A stretch of 63,270 nucleotides of DNA, the filler included, from Choristocarpus tenellus KU-1152 (taxonomy: Eukaryota; Protista; Phaeophyceae), in assembly GCA_964200185.2 (NCBI GenBank). It is 12 parts of 12 records of this genome, joined end to end, with 100 filler letters (N's around TTAATTAATTAA, not from the genome) between each part and the next. Parts side by side here need not be neighbours in the genome. Positions count along the whole stretch, not along the records: positions 48,082 to 59,712 come from CAXNAD020002216.1; positions 59,813 to 63,270 come from CAXNAD020019902.1; 10 more parts are not named here. One strand, 5' to 3'. Position 1 is the first letter of the stretch. Each line of letters opens with the position of its first letter. Below are positions 50,746-63,270 of this stretch, piece after piece. The notes under the pieces were generated by a model. That model did not search any database. It had not been told where the DNA came from and was given only the letters and a program-made list of their open reading frames with translations. Made by a program: the position numbers and the translations under genes.

Positions 50746-53443
50746 GCAAGGTAGTGTCCAAGCTTTCCCTGTGTGCAGCTGGGGTTTTTCCATGTGTTGT
50801 GACTAAGAGTCTCCAAAGTCGAATTTGTTGTGGCATCTCCAACACAGAATTTTTTGCTCTCTCGTCCTTCAGGGAGTAAAAAAGTAAAAACTTGTGAATT
50901 CCTAGTGAGGAGCTCAGATAGTGATAATGCTCTAGAATACAAGAATGCAAGGGTATACCCTATCCTTGTATTTCATCAACCTTCGATTGTTTTGGGCTGG
51001 TACACAGTTGTTGCGTGCTTTTAATGGGTTCTTTAATGGGTTCACTGGGCAGTAACTATCCATACCCAAGATTTTTTTTTCTGCTTTAATTAATTTGAAT
51101 ACTTAACGAGAAATATGGGTATAGATGTAACACAGAATGGATATTTGAGGTCTGGAGTATGCAATGTGTGTAATTTCTTGGAAAACTTTGTATTATTGTG
51201 AGACTGTGCTCAAGCTCTTGTCATCCCTCAATTGACTCGCTTAGGTTCAAAAAATAGATGTGATGGAGATCAGTTTGTGGCACTCAGTTGCCTGTCTGGA
51301 ATCTGGAGTATTTGATCATTTGACAAGGTCCTCCTATCTTGCATAGCTTCTTGCAGAGTACTAAATTCAAACAAACAGTAGTGAAGGACAGCTAGACCTG
51401 CATACACACACACGCATGCTGTATATATAGTCCAACTATGTTTACTGCTAAAGCATCAGAATAGGGAATTGGGGATTGTGAAATAGTTGAGAGAATGCGT
51501 AAGGGAAGGTACAGACATATTTAGCAGGAGGGGGGAACTCAACAGCATTTCATGGTTATACCTCCACCCATTGAGACTGCAAACAGGTCCAGACCAACTG
51601 CTGTTCCAATCCCTGCCTTTCCCTGTATTTCCGATTGACTCAGTTACCAGGATATGATGGGGGAAGAAGAGGGGGAGGTCTTTGCATGGAGCAATCAGTC
51701 CTGTGGCCCAACTGTATAAGATTTTGTGGATACGTCTGAAGGACCGGATACACACAGGGCAATGGTATGACCAAGTGGAGGTTGTTGGTTTCCACAATGA
51801 ATAGTGCTTTGCAGTGGTTGGCAATGTTGCAATTACACCTGTGAGCTAAGCTTCCAAGTGGTGGATGAGATTGCCATCACAAGGAAATACCAAGCAGATG
51901 CTCATAACCCCTCATTGCACCCTGAAGGAAACTATTCCATTCTGAAGTTCTTGCACCCTCCCAACCCAAAGATTGGTCAAAACCCTAGATAATTCACTTG
52001 TTTGATGTAGTGAGATTTCTTCAACCTCAGCAATCTACAGTGTTCATCATATTTACCATAATGCGGGAAAAGGTCAATATATAGCATGGGGAGCAATAGA
52101 TAAAGACTCGTGCTTCACACAAGATTACTTGCACTTGGAATTGAAAGCTCTCTTTTCAACATTGAGTTGCAATTTTTTTTATGACAACGAAGTCCTGAAC
52201 CATGTACCCAAAGTTAAATGGCATAGTGTTGATCGCTGGGTTTGATCAGTTTTGAAGGGGTATGTAAATTTGTCTAAACTGACTTAATATAGTGCATTTC
52301 TTCCCTTTTTGTCAGTTCATGCAGAGCTGCATTGTGTAGATGTTCTGATGCAGACGTATGCATGGAGACTGTTGATCCTTGTGCGTGCCTCATATATATG
52401 GCCTTGAGTTAGAAGGTAGATGGAGCTTTTTCTTGCCTTGAGGAGCTCAAATGGTCATATGTCTATGAGAACTGCTGAGGTGTGTATGTTTTGGCTTGTC
52501 TTCAAAAGTGTACACATTCATCCTTTGAGCCTGTTGAGAACTGTTCATTTGCATGTGTGTGTGGAATTTGAGTCTGATGTTGAGGAGGAGCCTTGTCCAA
52601 ACCTACTCTCTGCTGTGGTGCAACTCTGCATTGTGTCTTAATTGGTGCAGAGAAGACCCACTGCACCACATTTATTCTTACACCCTTGTATACAGTGGCA
52701 TATATTGTGTAAGACTTCATCACTATGAAGACTTCAATGGTTGTTTGCCAAGCATCCCCTTGAGTTGTTGCTTGGTTGCATTGTTATTCTTGTTTAGTTT
52801 GCATTGCCACTTTTTATGTGCAAGTCTTTCCATACTGTGTGCTGGTCCTTTGGAGGAGCAGCACGGTTATCACAATATGGGACTGCTATTCATGTGTTGA
52901 ATCACTGTTTGCAGTCTCCTTTGCACATGATTGTGTTAGAGAGGTTATCATATTTTGACTGGTGTAAATTTTGCCTTTTGTGCACTCTCTGGGATAATGA
53001 CTCCACTACTGTGTTGTAGAGGGACTTTTTGATGACAGGAGTTTTGGTAGAAAATACTGTCCATTGTACTTGTTTTGCAGTTGTATTAAATGATACCATA
53101 TTGTCACCTGTCTTGAGTCTTTGGACACAATGCTGCACAGCAAGCAGCACAGGGTGTAAGGGAACTCTTGAAATTGAGTGGTACCTATGCTCGCTGGAAG
53201 CTGAATTAATTTCTTTTTGTGTGAATGCATAGATCCACCGACAACATTCCTTCTAAACAGTGTTTCCACGTCATCCATGTGTAGACCTCGCTGTACATCT
53301 GGAGTTTGACGTTTTGACTGAACAAGTACTGTAGGCCATGATTACATCATTTCTTAGTCATTTGTGGCCAACTACCATCGTGTAGGAGATAGCATGTACT
53401 TGTCTTTATTATTTGAGATGCGGACTCTGCTCACAGTTCCTAG

Positions 53444-54618
53444 TCAGTACTTTCGACCACGGAGTATGTGAGACCAGGGTGTTGAGAGCTCTGCTGTGAG
53501 TTGACTGTTGCTAATAATTGATGCACTGTCGATTGGACCATACCTGCCTGTGATAGGCCCTATGCTTGTTGAGGCTCGTATGTCGTATTTATGGTGCTTC
53601 TCGAATGAGTTGTCAAGCCTTTGAAATTGTGGCAGTATCTGGCTGCTTCTTGCAGTAGAGTTGGCGACACGATATTTTTGTGGTTGTCCCTGGATGGAGT
53701 CCTCCATAGAGGAACTGATTGATCTATCTGTTGAAGAAGACCTACTCCACCTACCCGAGTCCTGTGAAGCCCGGGTTTGAGAACTCCTCTTGCTTGTGGA
53801 TATGGTGCAGCTGAGAGAACGCGATGAGTGAAGGGGTGAGAGGGATCTGTCGGGTGGTGTGGCTGAGGACCCTGTCAATGATCTCGCAGAAGGCACTTCC
53901 TTAGCGAGTATAGGCCCCTCTGATCCAGGATCGTTCGAACTTGTAGGGTTGGATGAGAAACTTGTTAACGCAGAAGATGATAGGGTGCTGGTCTCGTAAC
54001 CCTGGCCATGCTTTGCCTCAGCCCAGCAGAAGTTTCCAACCTACCAGGAGGATTTCCAGGGGTGTCAAAATCGCACAACAATTTAGTAGCAAAACGCCAC
54101 TAACGCTTCACTGTAGTTGCAAGCATTCAGGTATTCAAGCAGTCGTCATGTACACATGAGCGTTGCTATTTAGTACCACACAAAGATGCAACCCATACGA
54201 ATGCCCTAAGTTGGTTTCAAGACCCTCGTCTTTATTTGGTACTTTGAATGAAGCATGTGCGATAGTGCGCTACCATTCACCATGGTATTTGAAAGAACCT
54301 ACGACTCTCAACTGCATTGTGAGTAGAAGTACTATTCAATTTCACCTCTCCTGAGGTCAGGCTCTGTGTCGAGACGATAGCACGAGGGTCTCCAAGGGCT
54401 CCCCACTTGATATTGTCCTCCGTCCTACCAAAAGAAATGTCGGAGCGATGTGTGTCGATCCCCGCTGTGTCATTGTATCGGCGATACTGGCGAATCATGT
54501 TGCTTGTGGGCCGAGTTTTCTTTGGTGTTCGAAGATTATAGTATGCGGCATTTGTGGGGATGAAGGCACCATAGCCAATTCCATCAGATCGCTTATGAAT
54601 GGATCCTTGCAATGTCAT
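53444..54618 (-). CDS. Two-exon hypothetical protein, about 289 aa, Ser-rich
   Basis: ATG at 54618. Exon 1 54618-54346 (GAG|GTGAAA) joins exon 2 54040-53444 (TAG|GTT) in phase 0 with no internal stop. The upstream region is CpG-rich. Confidence 0.65.
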
Positions 54619-57600
54619 GGATGCCTGCTCCGTAGATCAAAATTAATTTCTGAAGGAAAACAACGCATACACATCTGATTGGGATTTATCGTACGTCCAT
54701 CGTCGATTCGTTTCTTCCTCCCACCTTATCTAAGATTTTCGGTTTCCGCAATAAATCCTTGAAATCGCGCGATGCGCGCGTCTTTCCAAAATCCAACAAA
54801 AGAGAACCTTTTATGTAGGTAGTACTATGTATTTGTAGGGATCACGAACAGCGAATCATATACCAAAGATCTGAGTATGAATCAGGTCTGGTTGGGAACG
54901 CAACGAGGTGAATATTATTTATAATACAGAGGCGGGAGGACAAAATAATCCAGGCAAAGGTGAGACAAGTAGAAATTAGGAAGTTTGCATCAGGTAGAAT
55001 ATACCTGCCCAACATGTAGTAGGTGGTAGGCATCGCCATCATTGCCATTACAGTTTTATTGTTCAACCTCACAAGAAGTTAAGTATTGACCACTTTTCAG
55101 TTTGTATCCGCCCCTACTTAGTGAACTGAAAGCCTCCTCAAAGAGGGCCAAGTTTTTTTAGACTCTACAATGATTTATTTATTAGCATTGTTAAGACACT
55201 TTTCATGGTTCAATCTCCAACATGCAGTTGTGGTTACAGAAAGGTATTTTAGGACGAGAGAAACGTTGAAAGGAGGAAAAGCTACACATCATGCTTGTAT
55301 GAAAATCACAAACCAAAGTTAAAAAAATAAAGAGGAAGAAAAGTCATTGGTAAAGTATGAATCTTGTGATTCTGTGGCAACGTAGTGCACTCAGGCAAGG
55401 GTGGTGAAGACAATCACCGGGCAAGACGGACCAGACAGATGAACCGTAACCGAGAGGACGAGGTGAAGGTTGGACAAGTGCAAGACGAAAGGACTTGCAG
55501 GTAAAAGTGGGGAACTGAGGAAGTGTGGAGGACCACAATTCGGATGGACTTCAGAAAAGAAACCCTTCAGAGATAGGAGATCCGTCTTCGGAAAAATGTA
55601 CTCATAAAGAGAGGTTAAGGGAAGAAGCGGAAATCTATAACTCCGAAAATCCTCTACACAGTTGAACCGAACTTCTCCGAAAACAAACTCAATCGGTGTA
55701 ATGGTATATGGCATACGGCAACAACGGTATAACAGACAAGCCTGCTTTCCAAAAAAGAAAGGAAATGAAAGAACTCAAGTTATGATTAGGACAAAGGTCC
55801 ATGACTACTACTTGAAAAACTTCTAAGCATAACCTGGACTGGAAGGAATAATGTGCCTAGCAAACCCAGCATCATGAAAGGACACGCCCACAATGCCTAA
55901 TATGCTCAGAAACCTTCACCCTCAGGGCCAAAGGACCTGTGCTAAGCTTTCCCCTCCATATCATGCACTACTAGTAGTTGCTATGGGTGATGGAGTACTC
56001 AACTGTTCAAAATTAGAGCCTGTAGCCCTGGCCAGCTCTAGATGTAAAACTATGTGGGAAAAAAAGCTTCATCCTCCAACAACACATCCTCCTTCCATAG
56101 AGTTATGAAGATCATGATGCATTGTCAACTCCCCCTTTTTGGTATATAATAAATCATCATGATTTCATATCAGCACCCATCCTACTGGACACAAGCTTGA
56201 ACAAAGTACAGAAAGTGATCAAGGTTCCTACTCCAGGTTTATGAACACAATATCACGCCAACACATCCAAATGTTCAAGTGTCCATTGTGTGGCAAGCAA
56301 CTTCCACCCAGGACAACAAAGAGCCCACACAACAAAACTGAATTTTTATCCCTACACAACACAAAGCATTTTCTGTACAATATATGCTAGAGAATAAACA
56401 AAAAGTGTTTTGCTGGACAACACATGTCATTAAAGAGCTACACAAATGTGTTACCATGGACAAGGAACATTGCAGAGCAAATGGTGCAGGAGGATTGCTT
56501 CACAATGGACAACTTCGATGATTGATGTCAGGCACGTATTTTTTCATTTTTGCATCATTGCATTATTTCCTCTTACTTGATCACTTTGTTATGTCACTTC
56601 ACACAACCTCTGCCTACGGGTTTGAGAAAATCAGAATCACTACATGAAACATTGTGGGCATTCTTCTGGATAACTGTGTTACAGGGCAAGAAAGCAATTA
56701 AGGCAAATGAGCCCAAGCCGTTTTCTGGATAGGTGACATTACAAGAAAATTCCGATGCAGTGCACAGGGGAACAACCCTCCTGTCTTCAGAAACCACCAC
56801 TGAAATATTTCCCTGTTTTCACTCGCATTTTCAAGAATCTAACCCTATCCCTAACCCTAACTTGGGTGTGAAAAATATCCCTAACCAGACAATGAAATCC
56901 TCTAGAAGAAGTGGTGCAGCAGTATAGTGTACACTGGGGAATCACCACCTCTCGAGGATCCACCACGTTTTACTTTTTCACACAAGTTTTCGAAAATCTA
57001 ATCGTACACCCTAAACTGTGTGTGAAAAAACCCTAACCTTTGTTTTAAGAGGTACAAATAAGCTTGACAACGGTGGTTCCCCAAGATAGGGGGGGTTCCC
57101 CTATACACTTCAATGTCAAGCATTGACCTGACAATTGATGACAGATGTCAGGCACAAACCCAGCACAAGTCAATGGGTGTTACAGAGCAGATAGACCTGG
57201 GCATTATATGGACAGCAGACAAAATTGAAGAAACTGGGTCCCAAAAGTGTTCCTGGTAATGAACATTAAAGAGCACATCAGCCTTTTAACCCTGCTAAAA
57301 AGCAAATGTTACATGCCAAATATGGCCAAACGTTTCAAGGCAATGTGTAGCTGTAAGTGTTCCATTAGCCTGAGTGTGAAGTAGTTCACAGTTTCTAATT
57401 TGTACCTACCTCAACTCGGTGTCTGTTCTCTCTCTCCACTTCCCCAAATATAGACAAAATTAAAAAAATCCTAGCACACCGGAACGCCTTCTGGCACTTT
57501 GTACAAGAAGTGCACAATAGACCCTATGCTAGTCTTAACTATCAACAGAACCACAAAACATACACTTAAACATGAGACACGCCTAAACAACATATATCTA

Positions 57601-58621
57601 TCTATAATGGCCACCCTCCTGGTACAAGGAGGGTACCAAGTTGAATTCATTATTCCCAATGTAACCAAACAAAACAAGTGTTTTCTAAAATAGGACAATA
57701 CAAAAGAGACTCAAAAGCGCCTTCCAGGCTCATAAACCAACCTGCTCTTCCTTAACCTCTGATCAAATTGACTCAAGCTCAACTGCAATAAAATATGGCT
57801 TAGAGGTGGATCCATCCTGTGACATTTCAGAAAACCCACTCACACTGGCATCAGTTCTCCCTATATTGTCAGGGGCCTAATTTGAATATACATAACTTGA
57901 TGATTACAAGACTGAAATATTATCAGTAAACATCATGTAAACGAGATCGAGGAGTAGGAACTGTAGTGGCAGACACCCCTCTCAATTATTGAAACACCCA
58001 AAACTAACCAGGTTGCACAACCCGAACAACAGTCCACAAATAAGTAACACCAATAGATGCAATGGTTACGTGGAAGGAAGAGGAGCCAATTAACAAGTCA
58101 AGACACTTACTACATTGCATTAGATCAACATATCCACTACTATGGGAAAACAACATGAAGGCGTTTAGTTTATACCCGTGTGAGAATAAAAATCACCCTC
58201 CCACACGCACACACAAAATTCTTTCCTCAGTAGAAAAAGAGTCAGGTATGAATACCACAAGGGTCCACCTGTTGTGCATAGTATGCCGACTCTTGAAAAT
58301 TGCGTGGTGAGAGGGACATGAGTCCCAAAAGTCTTGTGGAATCTCCACATGCCATCTCCGCCCATCCTGATCAAAGCTAACCTTTCCAACACAAACAATA
58401 GGTCATCACCGCCTACTCCATGATTGCTCAACACGCCACCATCAATGTGTAAGTAATTCAGGGGCTTGAGTGATTAGTGAGAGGAGCACATTAGACAAAA
58501 TGCTCAGACAACAGTGCCCTTCAGTGACTTCAACATGCTTGCCAGCGCATCTGTCAGTCAATACAGTGCAGCCAATGTATTACACTTGGTCCCCGAGCTA
58601 CTCACAGTTAACCTCAATCAG

Positions 58622-59219
58622 CTATCCCTCTTCCATCCTGGACCTCTCTATATCCTCTCCTATTGAGTCCACCCCTCCAGATGAGCAGGTCTCAGCACTC
58701 TCTATTTGTGTTGTATCATTGATATTTGGGGGCTGCGTCTGTTCCGGTTGCTGCCAAGACTGTTGTCGGTGTGGAGGCTGTGATTGTGTCTGTCGATGTT
58801 GTAGACTCACAACCTGTGCACGCAAAATCCCAATCTCCTTGTCTCTATTCAACACCTTTGAAGTAAGTGCCTAGAGCCAAACCAGAGGTGGAAGGAAGTT
58901 GCACCAACGATCAAGATCAAGAAGGGGGTTGTATATCTGACACGTAAAGACAAGCAAATCAAATATCATATCACAAATGGCACAAATGTGGGTATGGCAA
59001 TTGTACGACTGACAACATCCCCTAGATTGGATGGAAATAATGTGACAATGTGAGCTATGTATCCATGATTTGTTCACAAGTAATACGTAAAACTTAAAAA
59101 AGACAACCCTCCCTCCAAGAAAATATATATATCTATATCAGAGGACTCACCGCTTCCCGCTCTCTGTGTCTTTCCAGCTGAGTGTTGATTGTTTTCAAAG
59201 ATGTTATTAGTTTAACCTC
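58622..59219 (-). CDS. Last two exons of a coiled-coil, Gln-rich protein
   Basis: 59219-59151 (EVKLITSLKTINTQLERHREREA|GTGAGT) is in phase with 58855-58622 (VLNRDKEIGILRAQVVSLQ...EEG-stop). Confidence 0.65.
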
Positions 59220-59836
59220 CTGAACATGGGGATCAGAGCAAGAAGCAAGTTGCGTGATGGTTTGTTGTAGTCAACTTTGAAGTTGACACCTTGGATAGAG
59301 TACTCACACTTTTCACATACAAAAACATGAAATTATTGTATTCTAGTGAGGTGAACATAAAAGCATTTTGGTCATGTATGTGGTATATATTACACAAGGT
59401 TCAAAAAGGGTCTTCAAAACAAACAGGGTTAAAACCGACGCCCCTCTCAAAGGGTTTCACTCCTAAGTTAATCGACTTGATTGAATCGTTGCAATTTTCA
59501 ACCCCCTTGCTCTCCCCTCATTATACTCTTTTGTGAAGTGGGGAATACACACACCCTAAAAGGGAAATATTGATAAATTACTTGATCATGTATTGGAAGG
59601 ACTGCAAAGGACCATCAAGTGACTTTGCTCATTGGAGTGCATCTGGAAAGAGCAACAACCTTGGGGGGGGGGGGGGGGTGGAGTCATAAATACCCCTGTG
59701 ACCTCCTAAAAANNNNNNNNNNNNNNNNNNNNNNNNNNNNNNNNNNNNNNNNNNNNTTAATTAATTAANNNNNNNNNNNNNNNNNNNNNNNNNNNNNNNN
59801 NNNNNNNNNNNNATGCCGGCGTCCGTTTTTGACCCT

Positions 59837-60015
59837 GGCTCAAAGTATCTGGGGGGGGGTGGCGGCTGTCCATTTGAGACCAATTTTCTCATATCGCGAT
59901 TTTTGTGTGATTTGGTTCCATACATTGGATGGATAATGTAAATGCACTTTTCCTGATTTTGGTCTAATAGACACCCTGGTGTAGACCCCCCCCCACGCCC
60001 CAGATACTTTGGGTC
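59837..60015 (+). mobile_element. MITE-like family B, complete copy (179 bp)
   Basis: 18-bp TIR GGCTCAAAGTATCTGGGG ... CCCCAGATACTTTGGGTC (16/18). Further partial copies lie at 63255-63270 and probably 23431-23468. Confidence 0.85.
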
Positions 60016-60941
60016 TCAAGTGCACTACTACCACTGAGGTAAGCAACGGAAGAGCTATTGCACTGCTCAGGTGGAGTTGCATTACTCAATGCTTTCAAAG
60101 GGCACCAAAGAAAAGGACACCATACTCTTCCAAGGACATAGCCGGAATAAGCTATTTTCGGAGGATGCACTATGTCAGGCCTCCACTGATCATGTAACTG
60201 CAAAGCAGTTTCAAGAAGATACATACCATCTGCAAGCACACCCAATTCACACTTACAATGAGATCAAAGGTTGTGAGCACAAGGGGTTCACGTTGAGTGT
60301 AAGACTGATGGTCCCGTCTCAAGTCTGTTACTATCCCTCAACTAGTGCTGTGAATGGTAACTGCGGTGAAAAATGAACACTGAAAATTGATCTGTATTGA
60401 TCTGTATTGGAAAAATGTAAATCTTTCAACAGATACGATGTAACGCCATTGCTTCTCAAACATCCATAGATTCAAAAATCAAATCCTGACTTTTGGACCA
60501 CAAGGTCTAGAGCTTAGGTTGAGATTTGGCAAAAATAGCTTGAGGTCTCCATGCAGTCAATGCTCCCAACAATTGTTAAGAGATTTCCTTAAAGTCGAGG
60601 TTGTGGTTATCTTCAGCTTGGTCTCCTGATGGAAGCAACAAGCAACCATGCCCCCAAACAATTTTACCATCCCACCCAGATTTGAAGACAACTCATGCAG
60701 ATCGTGTATAGACATTGGTGAGGACTGAGGATTCATAGGTTGTCCTTACAAAGAATCATGTGCTACGCTTTTAAGTTGCAAACATAAATCACGCTTTGAA
60801 CCACATACACCAGTTTATTCAACTCCAGAATGATGCAAAGGGTTGGAATCAACAAAGTACTATCTCCAGTGGACCAAACGCTTTCCCAAACTTCTTTCCC
60901 ACCAGGCAACAAAACTACTATTAATACCAGCATATACTGAC

Positions 60942-61540
60942 CTTGAAGAACATGAAGGTTGGAACAGACATGATACCCGCCTGCCTTGCTGCATCGTCGT
61001 TTTCATCGATGTCCACCTTTCCAAAGGACACTTCAGGGTTTTCTGCGCTCATTTCCACATACAACGGGCCAATGCTTCGACAGGGGGGACACCATTTCGC
61101 GGTGAAGTATACGACACTCTTGTTCCTGAGGGGAAAGAGAAGTTCATTTTATAATGTATGGGACCAAGCTGAGACATGATAGTTACGAAAAAGACTATCA
61201 GCGAAGCTCAAGATCAGGTGACGAAGATGGGTGCAGCAAGGGGGTGGACTAGGTGCTGTCGGTGACTTACCAAGGTATCGACCCGTGGTCGATAATCATT
61301 CGGACGAGAAATTGCACAACTCCGAGTCAGTCACATCTTTTGTCTCATCGCCTTGCATGACAGGAATCACCTGGAGAACCCATTGAAGTCTGCAAGTGTA
61401 GCGAGTTCCTTTACATTCGAGGTCTCGTCTGAGGAAAAGCCTCTCCACAAAACAGCGTCCCATGTGCCTCTAGAACGGCGTATGTTAGCCCCAGCAGTGC
61501 CCCGCAATGCACCTGCTACGCCATATCTTGCCAAAAGCAT
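60942..61540 (-). CDS. Thioredoxin with a predicted mitochondrial presequence (exons 61540-61371 and 61125-60942, last exon not found)
   Basis: Spliced sequence: MLLARYGVAGALRGTAGANIRRSRGTWDAVLWRGFSSDETSNVKELATLADFNGFSRNKSVVYFTAKWCPPCRSIGPLYVEMSAENPEVSFGKVDIDENDDAARQAGIMSVPTFMFFK. Confidence 0.93.
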
Positions 61541-61781
61541 ATTTCTTAGAGAAGATGTTTTTTCTTCAAGGGTGTGTGAAGAGTTGGGTAAGGAACGCCC
61601 TGTCTGATACTCAAGAACCTCAATAATGCAATAGTAGTGATAGTGAACTTTAACTCCGCCTTCTGGACGACTTCGACTCTGTCACTCGCTACGTGGCCGG
61701 CCCTGTAGCCTTTATTTTTGATTTTGAACTCACAACCATCCTCATCAAGGACTTTGCCATCATAGCTTCGTGGGTGAAATT
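61541..61781. promoter_or_regulatory. Putative bidirectional promoter
   Basis: 241 bp separate the divergent ATGs of the thioredoxin and RMI2-like genes, in a CpG-rich context. Confidence 0.6.
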
Positions 61782-62265
61782 ATGGGAGAGAAGAGCGAAA
61801 ATGTCAAACTTCCAGCCGTTAAGCTGTTCATAACGATGCTGGATCAAGCTTGCTGTCCCTTGGATGCTGTTACTGTCGGGTTGGAAAAGACTGGGTTGGT
61901 GTTTCGGGGACTGAACTTCACTCGAGTTTGGTTACAGGTGAGAGGCTTGTGCTAGCACACACAGTACGGCGGGGTGGGTATGAACGCAAGAATCTAGATG
62001 ACTTGGCGATCTAGGAAACCTTCCTCTTGATAGCGAGCTCGTAACGTCTCGACCCATTAGGGCGTGGTGGTGGACGTGATCCGAAGGGACACGTTCTCCT
62101 GTGAATTCGTCATCGATGATGGAACGGGCACGCTGATAGCATCTAAGAGATCTTCAGAAGACGATATGCAAGCGTACGGGAATGCGGTGAACCCAGTTGT
62201 GATGGACAGCGAAGATGGAGGGAAGAGTGGAGAGAAAGGAAAATGGACGAGTTTTCCTCGAAAAG
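61782..62265 (+). CDS. RMI2: RMI2-like OB-fold protein (exons 61782-61937 and 62061-62265, 3' exons unresolved)
   Basis: LPAVKLFITML...FRGLNFTRVWLQ|GVVVDV...FVIDDGTGTL matches the RMI2 pattern (AVK.L, R.WLQGV.V, LDDGTG). An STN1/RPA32-type OB fold is the alternative. Confidence 0.78.
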
Positions 62266-63270
62266 GTGTGGCATGAGTTATCCAGATCTTTTCTGAGCAA
62301 ACTCGTTGCAACCTGTCTTCTTTGATAGCGCTCCTTACCTGGAGAAGACTGGATGCTGTTAAAGAGAATCTCAAACATTTTTTTTTATATATATTTCCCA
62401 TCCCCACTCTTGCTCTCATCTCTGATCTCCTGCGCCAGTTTTGCTAGGCATTGCATTCAGCACGAAGCTGCAAACCCCTTGTGACTATCATGGTACTTTT
62501 GGAGTGACCTAAGCTTCGACGTGTAACCTTGCACTCGAAGCAACAGAGCATCACCACACCATGTTGCTCGCAAGGGTGACACTCATAGACAGGTGTTTCA
62601 AACCCCACCTGACCTCGGATAGTTCTTTTGATGTGTAGTTCAGGTTACTCTGCAGTACCCTATGTGGCACGGCCATACCTGGAATAATGTAGCACTGCGT
62701 TTATCTCAGCCAAATCCTGGGGACTCTCAGCTATCATCCGGTCCCATTTTTTTACTGCGATATATTGTGGTTAGAAATATGGGCATATCTTGTTCTCATT
62801 GGTGAGCCTTCACTCAGATCCTTCTGTTGTGATTTTTTTCTGAAGTGTAAGAATACATCCGGTTCCTTTCGGAACAGTGCTCGCCGGCCAAGAAGGAACC
62901 TAGAAAAAAAAGAATTGTCCTTCAAGTGTTATCTTCCTAGTGTACGATCTTAGTTGAAACGTATTGTATGAATTATAGCCGCACAGGTCGATTATCACTG
63001 TCCCAAACATATGCAAGATGTCCACAACATGAGCTTGTTACGAGTAGTCCATCATCTTTGATGGTGCACCTAACCCTAACCCTAACCTATTGAGGGGAGG
63101 GTATCAGCGTCATATTTCAACCTTAACCCTAACCCTAACCTGCTCTTCCTGTTAGAATGGATGGCATGGTTTCAGCTTGATTTTGATTTGCTTCAATTCA
63201 ACAAAGAACATACTCTGTACTTCGATCCTACTCTGAACCGAGGGGGGAAATGCAGGCTCAAAGTATCTGG

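Noticed and set aside
32972-62265. DNA-repair cluster of FANCJ-like and RMI2-like genes
   Set aside because: They are on different contigs joined artificially.
62775-62953. Third RMI2 exon (AYLVLIG)
   Set aside because: It is phase-compatible, but the downstream residues lack the RMI2 C-terminal motifs, so it is left unresolved.

Overview
Eukaryotic, intron-rich and repeat-rich nuclear DNA. It is not one locus: 12 short contigs are joined by identical artificial 100-bp spacers (44 N + TTAATTAATTAA + 44 N), so adjacency across spacers carries no biological meaning. By splicing exons by eye I recognise fragments of IFT144/WDR19 (3 exons), a FANCJ/BRIP1-like Fe-S helicase (2 exons), the last two exons of the PP2A scaffold A subunit, a WCPPC thioredoxin with a mitochondrial-type presequence head-to-head with an RMI2-like OB-fold gene, and one ion-channel S5 exon. 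There is also an intron-retaining pseudogene of a cAMP-receptor-like GPCR, a second decayed multi-exon gene, and several unidentified exons. Mobile DNA includes decayed Ty1/Copia and LINE relics, two MITE-like families with related terminal inverted repeats (TIRs), one with apparent AAA/TTT 3-bp target-site duplications (TSDs), a 70-bp hairpin repeat, many minisatellites and scattered TTAGGG repeats. A ciliary gene, TTAGGG repeats, long introns and the Copia gag type suggest a flagellated stramenopile such as a brown alga or relative; this is inference only. I found no confidently new protein system. The best leads are the MITE families, a CpG-depletion/CpG-island pattern with transition-driven pseudogenisation, telomeric repeats sitting on splice signals, and an apparent insertion in the FANCJ-like helicase.
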